Shown here: piece after piece, positions 57,406 through 64,000 of the stretch | How the letters are laid out: each line of letters opens with the position of its first letter | Numbering within the stretch: the first letter of the stretch is position 1 | NCBI GenBank assembly: GCA_028822155.1 | Contig: JAPKEJ010000008.1 | Span: 432-64,431, forward strand | DNA from: Porticoccaceae bacterium | GTDB taxonomy: Bacteria; Pseudomonadota; Gammaproteobacteria; Pseudomonadales; Porticoccaceae | Direction of reading: 5' to 3' | DNA length: 64,000 bases | Translations under genes and position numbers: made by a program | The notes under the pieces: model-generated | The model's input: only the letters and a program-made list of their open reading frames with translations | The model's database searches: none | Told to the model about the DNA's origin: nothing

Positions 57406-58191
57406 CTAGTGCTGTTCAAAAGAACTGTTAAGTAGGTCTGTAACTAGCATGCAGCCTGGACTGTGAGTGATGCAAAAAGGTGGTTTTGCTTGCTCTAGTG
57501 CAACCTGCGGCGTTACGCCGCAGGCCCAGAAAATAGGTTGCTCATCATTATTGATTGTCACAGCATCCCCATAGTCAGGCTGGTTAATGTCGTTTATTCC
57601 TATAATCTTCGGATCGCCAATATGGACCGGAGCGCCATGAACTGACGGGAATCGGCCGGTTATCTTAACGGCTTCTTTTGTATCTGTGTCATTGAACGGA
57701 CGCATACTAACCACCATTTTTCCTTTAAAGGGTCCAGCTGGGGTGCAGTCAATATTGGTTCGATACATGGGAACATTACGCTGTTCGCTAACATTTCGTA
57801 CGTCCAGCCCTTCAGCGATAAGAGCTTCTTCAAAGGAGAATGAACAGCCTATTAAAAAAGAAACCAAATCATCGTTCCATAGAGATGAAATATCAGACAT
57901 TTCGCCGGTCAATTGGCCATCTTCGAACAGTCTATAGCCCGAAATATCGGTCCGAATATCAAGATCCTGTCCTAGTTCAGCGATATGAGGGTCGCCAACC
58001 TTAGATATAGCGATAAGCGGGCATGGTTTTGGATTGGCACGGCAAAAGAGCATAAATTGCTCAGCCCAGGCTTGAGGCAATATCACCAGATTACATTGCA
58101 CGTAACCTTGGCAAAGACCGGAAGTCACGCCATCGTGCTTGTTTCTGCGAATCAATCGGCGAAGATCTGTTGGAGTGATCGTATTGAGCAT
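57406..58191 (-). CDS. DUF1445/UPF0317 putative hydro-lyase (YcsI; homologous to the D-glutamate cyclase N-terminal region)
   Basis: QCNLVIL, NPKPCP, DIRTD, IGCSFSFE, NVPMY, VSMRP, HGAPVH, WACGVTPQ, THSPG.M.VTD. Confidence 0.9.
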   Translation of the reverse strand: MLNTITPTDLRRLIRRNKHDGVTSGLCQGYVQCNLVILPQAWAEQFMLFCRANPKPCPLIAISKVGDPHIAELGQDLDIRTDISGYRLFEDGQLTGEMSDISSLWNDDLVSFLIGCSFSFEEALIAEGLDVRNVSEQRNVPMYRTNIDCTPAGPFKGKMVVSMRPFNDTDTKEAVKITGRFPSVHGAPVHIGDPKIIGINDINQPDYGDAVTINNDEQPIFWACGVTPQVALEQAKPPFCITHSPGCMLVTDLLNSSFEQH

Positions 58192-58211
58192 ATTTATTGT
58201 GCCTTGTGCAT

Positions 58212-59942
58212 TTAGCTATTTTTAAATGCATGTTCCTTTATGAAGTTAACGATATCGTTCAGGGCAATATGTTGATTCTCAGAGTCTCTACGATGCCGAT
58301 ATTCCAAAGTTCCTGCCTCTAATCCTCTATCACCGACGACGATTCGATGCGGAATGCCGATGAGTTCTACATCTGCAAGCATACCACCAAGCCTAGCCTT
58401 AGCTTCATCCATAAAGAGCACTTCGTAACCTGATTCAGTTAGTTGGGTATAAAGAGTCTCACAGGTTTGTTTGACAGAATCTGACTTGTGCATATTGATT
58501 GGCACAATCGCCACCTGAAATGGGGCGATAGACTCAGGCCAGATAATACCGTTTTCATCGTTATTTTGTTCAATAGCCGCAGCCACGATACGGCTGACAC
58601 CAATACCGTAACAGCCCATACTCATAAATTGCTGCTTACCATTTTCATCCAGAACGGTAGCATTCATCGCTTCACTATATTTTGTACCTAACTGGAATAT
58701 GTGGCCCACTTCGATGCCGCGCTTTATTTCTAAAATACCTCTACCATCGGGGCTTGCATCGCCAGCTACAACATTGCGAATATCAGCAACCATATAGTCA
58801 CCAGTATCTCGCTGCCAGTTGGCGCCGGTAAAATGGTAACCGTCATGGTTCGCGCCGCATGCAAAGTCACTGAGGACTGCCGCGCTAGAATCGACGACTA
58901 AAGGCAAACCGAGATTAGTCGGCCCGATCGATCCCGGAGAGCATTTGAGAGCTTCTTTAATTTGTTTTTCAGTGGCGAAACTAATCTTTGATGTAAGTCC
59001 TAAAACCTCTTGAGCCTTGACTTCATTGAGTTCGTGATCACCACGAAGCATTAATCCATAGAGCTGAGTCTTACCCGAGTCATCTTCGGCACTTATAATC
59101 AGAGACTTTAAAGTCTCTGCAGGCTCAACATCTAAAAACTGGCAGAGATCAGCAATAGTATGGACACCCGGTGTTGCAATTTCAGTCAATTCTAATTGCG
59201 GGCTAGGGGCCGCTCCCTCTGGTGCCAGCGCTGCAGCTTTTTCTATATTGGCGGCATAGTCACCCTCACTTGAAAATACAATCGCATCTTCCCCAGACTC
59301 TGCAAGAACATGAAACTCATGGGAATGACTTCCTCCAATACTGCCTGTATCTGCAAGTACAGCACGGAAAATCAGGCCGGCCCTTTCAAAGATAGTGGAA
59401 TAGGTTGCGTGCATTATGTCGTACGTCTCTTGCAGAGAGGCCGCGTTGCTGTGAAAAGAATAGGCATCTTTCATGCAAAACTCTCGTGTGCGCATTACAC
59501 CGAATCGCGGTCTTCGCTCATCACGGAATTTAGTTTGTATTTGATAGAAATTAGCCGGTAACTGTTTGTAACTGCTGATCTCATTTCTGATGATGTCGGT
59601 GATGACTTCTTCGTGAGTAGGGCCTAGGCAAAACTCACGATCATGCCGATCTTTAATTCGTAACAATTCGGGTCCAAACTGTCCCCAACGGCCAGACTCG
59701 GCCCACAGATCAGCAGGCTGAACTACTGGCATTAACATTTCCAAGGCCCCAGACCGGTCCATTTCTTCTCTGACGATAGATTCAACTTTTCTAAACACTC
59801 TCAACCCAAGTGGCATCCAAGAATAGAGGCCAGAAGCTACTTTGCGAATCATACCGGCACGGAGCATTAGTTTATGGCTAATAACTTCAGCATCTGCGGG
59901 TGAGTCTTTCTTAGTGGTTATTAAATATTGGCTGGCGCGCAT
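58212..59942 (-). CDS. proS: Proline--tRNA ligase
   Basis: [39 protein letters not shown]. Start MRASQY at 59942. Confidence 0.97.
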   Translation of the reverse strand: MRASQYLITTKKDSPADAEVISHKLMLRAGMIRKVASGLYSWMPLGLRVFRKVESIVREEMDRSGALEMLMPVVQPADLWAESGRWGQFGPELLRIKDRHDREFCLGPTHEEVITDIIRNEISSYKQLPANFYQIQTKFRDERRPRFGVMRTREFCMKDAYSFHSNAASLQETYDIMHATYSTIFERAGLIFRAVLADTGSIGGSHSHEFHVLAESGEDAIVFSSEGDYAANIEKAAALAPEGAAPSPQLELTEIATPGVHTIADLCQFLDVEPAETLKSLIISAEDDSGKTQLYGLMLRGDHELNEVKAQEVLGLTSKISFATEKQIKEALKCSPGSIGPTNLGLPLVVDSSAAVLSDFACGANHDGYHFTGANWQRDTGDYMVADIRNVVAGDASPDGRGILEIKRGIEVGHIFQLGTKYSEAMNATVLDENGKQQFMSMGCYGIGVSRIVAAAIEQNNDENGIIWPESIAPFQVAIVPINMHKSDSVKQTCETLYTQLTESGYEVLFMDEAKARLGGMLADVELIGIPHRIVVGDRGLEAGTLEYRHRRDSENQHIALNDIVNFIKEHAFKNS

Positions 59943-60033
59943 GGTTTCTCTTAAATGTTTGCTGGTGACTAATGGTATCATTTTACGGTGCAGAATCATC
60001 GCGGTATACAGTAAAGCAGTCTAAGGATGAAAA

Positions 60034-60456
60034 ATGTTTGAATTACACCCAACGCTTGATGCGGATACGGTAAGAATAGGGGAGTTACCACTCTCGCTAT
60101 TGCTGTTAAGTAAAGACGCTAATTATCCTTGGTTTATATTGGTTCCAAAAAGAGTTGGTGTTAAAGAGATTTACGAGCTCTCGGCTAATGATCGTCAGGA
60201 ACTTATGCATGAGTCTCATTGCTTGTCAAAGGCGCTGGTTAGCCTGTTTAGTCCCCACAAACTCAATATAGCGACGATCGGAAATATGGTGCCTCAGCTA
60301 CATATGCACCACATTTGTAGATTTCGTAATGACATCTGCTGGCCAAAGCCAGTCTGGGGTCAAGCTCACGCGAGTGCTTACCCAAAAGCTCAAGCCGCAA
60401 CTGTCATCTCAAATTTGAGAAATCAAGTGGCGCTTTGTGGCTTAGTCTTCATCTAA
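60034..60456 (+). CDS. HIT family protein
   Basis: GNMVPQLHMHH, PWFILVP. Confidence 0.9.
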   Translation: MFELHPTLDADTVRIGELPLSLLLLSKDANYPWFILVPKRVGVKEIYELSANDRQELMHESHCLSKALVSLFSPHKLNIATIGNMVPQLHMHHICRFRNDICWPKPVWGQAHASAYPKAQAATVISNLRNQVALCGLVFI

Positions 60457-60662
60457 TTAAATTAGAGATCATTAAGTATTCGAATAAAAGCTAGTGGAGT
60501 ACTGGTTGCTTTCTCGTCTGACCATTTGCCACAAGCGATTTTAATATATTAAATCGTCTAAAGGTTTTGGCTGATTCAGCGCTAAAGTGAATAGCTTTAC
60601 CAATAATTCTTCAAATTTTTCTAACGTTATGTTTCCGTATATAATCTGAATGATAAATGTCA

Positions 60663-60700
60663 TTCTCACAGAGGCACGGCTGATGTATACTTCGCCGCCT
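60663..60700 (+). promoter_or_regulatory. Sigma70-type promoter with GC-rich (stringent-type) discriminator for fmdB-aspS-yebC
   Basis: TTCTCA (60663-68), 17 bp spacer, TATACT (60686-91), then tcgccgcc. Confidence 0.5.
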
Positions 60701-60761
60701 TTTTGGAGGGCTTACTGAGCCTGATTAGAAGTTAATTAATTACGAGGTTGGATTTCAGGTC

Positions 60762-61070
60762 ATGCCCATTTATGAATATCTCTGTAAGTCATGCGAGCAT
60801 AAGATGGAGGCCTTGCAAAAAATGAGTGATGAACCGCTCGTGAATTGCCCAAATTGCTTTAAGGCTGAGCTAAAAAAACAAATATCAGCAGCCGGATTTA
60901 GGTTGAGTGGAACCGGTTGGTATGAGACTGATTTTAAAAGTGGAAAGAAGAAAAATATAAGTGGTGATCAGTCGTCAGACTCGGGCAGTTCGACTGTAAG
61001 CTCCAAAAGTGAAAAAAGCGGTACTGATAAGAGCAGTGCTACGTCAAGCGTAACCTCCGGTTCGCAATAA
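60762..61070 (+). CDS. FmdB family zinc-ribbon protein
   Basis: [11 protein letters not shown]..CPxC, GWYETDF, Ser-rich tail. Usual position upstream of aspS. Confidence 0.9.
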   Translation: MPIYEYLCKSCEHKMEALQKMSDEPLVNCPNCFKAELKKQISAAGFRLSGTGWYETDFKSGKKKNISGDQSSDSGSSTVSSKSEKSGTDKSSATSSVTSGSQ

Positions 61071-61096
61071 ACTTTACTAGCAGGAATGAAATAATA

Positions 61097-62866
61097 ATGG
61101 ATCGATCAATCTATTGCGGATTAGTGAGAAGTTCTCATATTGATGAAGAGATTACGCTTTGCGGCTGGGTAGACCGTCGCCGCGATCATGGTGGTGTTAT
61201 CTTTCTTGATTTACGTGACCGTGAAGGGATTGTACAGGTTGTTTTTGACTCAGACGCTGGGAAGTTTTTCGACCTTGCCGACAGTGTTCGATCGGAATAT
61301 GTGCTGAAAGTTACCGGAAAGGTTCGCTCACGCAGTGATGCAACGGTTAATTCGAATATGGCCACTGGTGAAATCGAGGTTTACGGTACTGAGTTAGAAC
61401 TTCTTAATAGCGCTCTAACACCGCCTTTTCAGCTTGATGACCACATCACGGTCGGCGAAGATGTGCGACTTAAATATCGCTACATGGATTTGCGTCGCAC
61501 GGAAATGCAAAACAGTTTGCGTTTTCGGTCCAAGATAACCTCATCAATTCGTAATTATTTGGTAAATGATGGGTTTTTGGATATCGAAACACCCATTATG
61601 ACCAGGGCAACGCCTGAAGGGGCTCGAGACTATTTGATTCCCTCACGTACTCATGCCGGTCAATTCTTTGCCATGCCCCAATCACCACAGCTTTTTAAGC
61701 AAATGTTAATGGTGGCTGGTTTTGATCGTTATTATCAGATTGCTAAGTGTTTCCGTGATGAAGACCTTAGGGCCGATCGTCAGCCAGAATTCACGCAAAT
61801 CGATATCGAAGCATCGTTTATTGATGAAGAAGATATTATGTCTACCTCCGAGACCATGATGACTCAGATCTTCGCCGAGCATATGGGTGTTGAGTTCCAG
61901 TCGTTCCCACGCATGACCTATGCAGACGCTATGGATCGGTTTGGGTCAGACAAGCCGGACTTGCGGATACCTCTAGAGTTGGTTGAAATTAAAGACTTGC
62001 TAAAAGATATAGAATTTAAGGTATTTGCAGGACCAGCTAATGACCCAGCATGCAGGGTCGCGGCACTAAAAGTTCCTGGCGGAGCTGAGATATCGCGAAA
62101 AAAGATAGACGATTACACTAAATTTGTCAGTATTTATGGTGCTAAAGGCCTCGCTTGGATAAAAGTTAATGCCATTGAAGATGGAATTGATGGTTTGCAG
62201 TCACCGATTATTAAGTTCCTTGGTGATAAAGTGACGTTAAATGTCATGGAGCGATTGAATGCTAAAAACGGCGACATCATATTCTTTGGGGCTGACAAAT
62301 CATCAGTAGTCTCGGAGGCTTTAGGTGCGTTGCGATGTAAGGTCGGTGAAGATCTGAACCTGTATACGTCTAAATGGGCTCCTATGTGGGTGATTGACTT
62401 CCCTATGTTCGAAGCCACGGATAATGGCGGTTTAACGCCATTGCACCACCCCTTTACCGCACCTTCATGTTCTATGGAAGAGCTCCAGTCAGATCCGGCT
62501 AATGCTCTGTCTAGAGCTTACGATATGGTTCTTAATGGTGTCGAATTGGGCGGTGGTTCGATACGTATTCATGACCAAAAAATGCAAGCAGTTGTCTTTG
62601 AAGTATTAGGGATCGATGAGGCAGAACAGCAAGAAAAGTTTGGATTTTTACTTGATGCTCTAAAATTTGGTGCTCCTCCTCATGGTGGTGTCGCCTTTGG
62701 TCTTGATCGATTAATTATGCTAATGGTGGGCGCGGATTCGATTCGAGATGTTATCGCTTTCCCGAAGACTCAGTCTGCAGCATGTTTGTTAACCAATGCG
62801 CCAGGTAGTGTAGATGCGGCGCAGTTGCGTGAGTTGAATATACGCTTGCGCAAACAAGAAGATTAA
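61097..62866 (+). CDS. aspS: Aspartate--tRNA ligase (likely non-discriminating Asp/Asn)
   Basis: [35 protein letters not shown]. Confidence 0.97.
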   Translation: MDRSIYCGLVRSSHIDEEITLCGWVDRRRDHGGVIFLDLRDREGIVQVVFDSDAGKFFDLADSVRSEYVLKVTGKVRSRSDATVNSNMATGEIEVYGTELELLNSALTPPFQLDDHITVGEDVRLKYRYMDLRRTEMQNSLRFRSKITSSIRNYLVNDGFLDIETPIMTRATPEGARDYLIPSRTHAGQFFAMPQSPQLFKQMLMVAGFDRYYQIAKCFRDEDLRADRQPEFTQIDIEASFIDEEDIMSTSETMMTQIFAEHMGVEFQSFPRMTYADAMDRFGSDKPDLRIPLELVEIKDLLKDIEFKVFAGPANDPACRVAALKVPGGAEISRKKIDDYTKFVSIYGAKGLAWIKVNAIEDGIDGLQSPIIKFLGDKVTLNVMERLNAKNGDIIFFGADKSSVVSEALGALRCKVGEDLNLYTSKWAPMWVIDFPMFEATDNGGLTPLHHPFTAPSCSMEELQSDPANALSRAYDMVLNGVELGGGSIRIHDQKMQAVVFEVLGIDEAEQQEKFGFLLDALKFGAPPHGGVAFGLDRLIMLMVGADSIRDVIAFPKTQSAACLLTNAPGSVDAAQLRELNIRLRKQED

Positions 62867-62881
62867 GGCGCTAGGTAACTA

Positions 62882-63631
62882 ATGGCAGGCCATAGTAAAT
62901 GGGCCAATATAAAGCACCGCAAGGCGGCTCAAGATGCTAAGCGAGGAAAGGTATTTACAAAGGTTATTCGTGAGTTAGTCGTGGCTGCGAAAGCTGGAGG
63001 CCCGAATCCAGAAGATAATCCGCGCCTTAGGGCTGCGGTGGATAAAGCGCTCGGTTCCAATATGAAGCGAGATACTGTCGACAAGGCTATCGCCAGGGGT
63101 GCAGGGGCAGGTGAGGGAGATAATTATGACGAGATCACCTATGAGGGTTATGCCACCGGTGGTGTCGCAGTGTTGGTAGAGTGCATGACAGATAATCGCA
63201 ACCGTACCGTTGGCGATGTAAGGCACGGTTTTAGTAAGCGTGGTGGTAATTTAGGCACTGATGGCTCGGTCGCCTATTTGTTTAGGCGTATTGGACAGCT
63301 TAGCTATGACCCAGGTGTCGACCAAGATAGATTAATGGATGCGGCTCTAGAGGCCGGCGCTGAGGACCTAAACTCACATGAAGACGGTTCTGTCGATATT
63401 GAGGCGAGTTGGGAAGAATTTTTAAATGTTAAAGAGGCGCTGATTGCAGGGGGTTTTGTACCCGCTCACGCCGAGCTGACAATGGTAGCTGATACCACTG
63501 TGCCTCTAGATAAGGACGGCGCAGAGAAGTTGCTAGGGCTTATTGATGCTCTAGAAGATTTAGATGACGTACAACATGTGTACACCAACGCTGAAATTTC
63601 GAGCGAGATACTGGTGCAGCTTGATGAGTAA
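62882..63631 (+). CDS. yebC: YebC/PmpR family protein
   Basis: [32 protein letters not shown]. Confidence 0.96.
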   Translation: MAGHSKWANIKHRKAAQDAKRGKVFTKVIRELVVAAKAGGPNPEDNPRLRAAVDKALGSNMKRDTVDKAIARGAGAGEGDNYDEITYEGYATGGVAVLVECMTDNRNRTVGDVRHGFSKRGGNLGTDGSVAYLFRRIGQLSYDPGVDQDRLMDAALEAGAEDLNSHEDGSVDIEASWEEFLNVKEALIAGGFVPAHAELTMVADTTVPLDKDGAEKLLGLIDALEDLDDVQHVYTNAEISSEILVQLDE

Positions 63632-63763
63632 AGTATGTTCAGGCGACCAAAGATTTTAAATAAAGCAGTAGTGTTAGTAAGTGGTAGGTGTAAGAAGAAA
63701 TGGTCGTTGATGTTTGGCGACTTTAAATGCTCAAACGAGTAATCATTAAACGAGGAAGTACCG

Positions 63764-64000
63764 ATGAAAGTTATAAAAAAGACGAAAGATTATGTTGTTT
63801 ATCAGAAGAGTTCTGGGCGCTATGCTGTAAAAGACGCTAACAGAAACTGGGTCAATGCCGACGAAAAAATAAAGATTCTGTTGGGTGAAGGTTTAATTAA
63901 AGCCGTGATGCCTGCTGCGCCTGTTGTTGAAGAAGCGCCAGTAGAAGAAGTCGCTGCTGTTGAAGAGGCTCCTGTAGTTGAAGAGGCTCCTGCTGCTGAA
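63764..64000 (+). CDS. Hypothetical protein with Glu/Ala/Pro/Val low-complexity tail, runs off the right window edge
   Basis: RBS gagg. MKVIKKTKDYVVYQKSSGRYAVK...PVVEEAPVEEVAAVEEAPVVEEAPAAE, open to the end. Near-tandem 18-bp repeat at 63959-63994. Confidence 0.75.
   Translation, partial: MKVIKKTKDYVVYQKSSGRYAVKDANRNWVNADEKIKILLGEGLIKAVMPAAPVVEEAPVEEVAAVEEAPVVEEAPAAE

Noticed and set aside
60648-60668. Fur box (GAATGA-N6-TCATTC / TGATAAA..ATTCTCA)
   Set aside because: The spacing does not fit the 7-1-7 Fur consensus, and the downstream genes are housekeeping.
60670-60704. Terminator or attenuator before fmdB (aggc..gcct followed by Ts)
   Set aside because: Better explained as a -10 box with a GC-rich discriminator. 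The stem is imperfect with a long loop.
1-64000. CRISPR arrays, rRNA/tRNA genes, IS elements, defence systems
   Set aside because: No regularly spaced repeats, canonical tRNA arms, transposase or nuclease motifs seen. The CPBP/Abi name does not imply abortive infection here.

Overview
64 kb of chromosomal DNA from a bacterium. Gene style and content suggest an oligotrophic marine gammaproteobacterium (SAR92/Porticoccaceae-like; inference, not verified). I found no rRNA, tRNA, CRISPR array, integrase or transposase. Left to right: (1) a beta-propeller lipoprotein (partial, missing from the ORF track) divergent from a secreted collagen/beta-roll/S74-chaperone fibre protein; (2) an AT/A-richer cassette with a non-pyrrolysine MttB-family methyltransferase and two GcvT-family dimethylglycine/sarcosine dehydrogenase-like genes; (3) glutathione-dependent formaldehyde oxidation (frmA-fghA), NAD-dependent formate dehydrogenase (fdsGBA-fdhD-fdsD) and a molybdenum-cofactor cluster, together a possible N-methyl-to-CO2 C1 region; (4) a double-TetR regulator and acyl-CoA/lipid catabolism genes; (5) a FAD oxidoreductase-DUF2855 pair and a ubiX with no neighbouring ubiD, overlapping a split-barrel flavin-binding gene; (6) putA/Lrp and a co-oriented D-amino-acid/5-oxoproline cluster: DUF1445, pxpA, pxpB, a pxpC::DUF4392 fusion, D-amino-acid aminotransferase and alanine racemase; (7) proS, HIT, FmdB, aspS, yebC. 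The best candidate for an undescribed system is block 6. It looks like a possible ATP-driven D-glutamate to L-glutamate route through 5-oxoproline, with a D-glutamate-cyclase-type domain fused to an oxoprolinase subunit. All family calls come from recognising motifs by eye; no database search was run.
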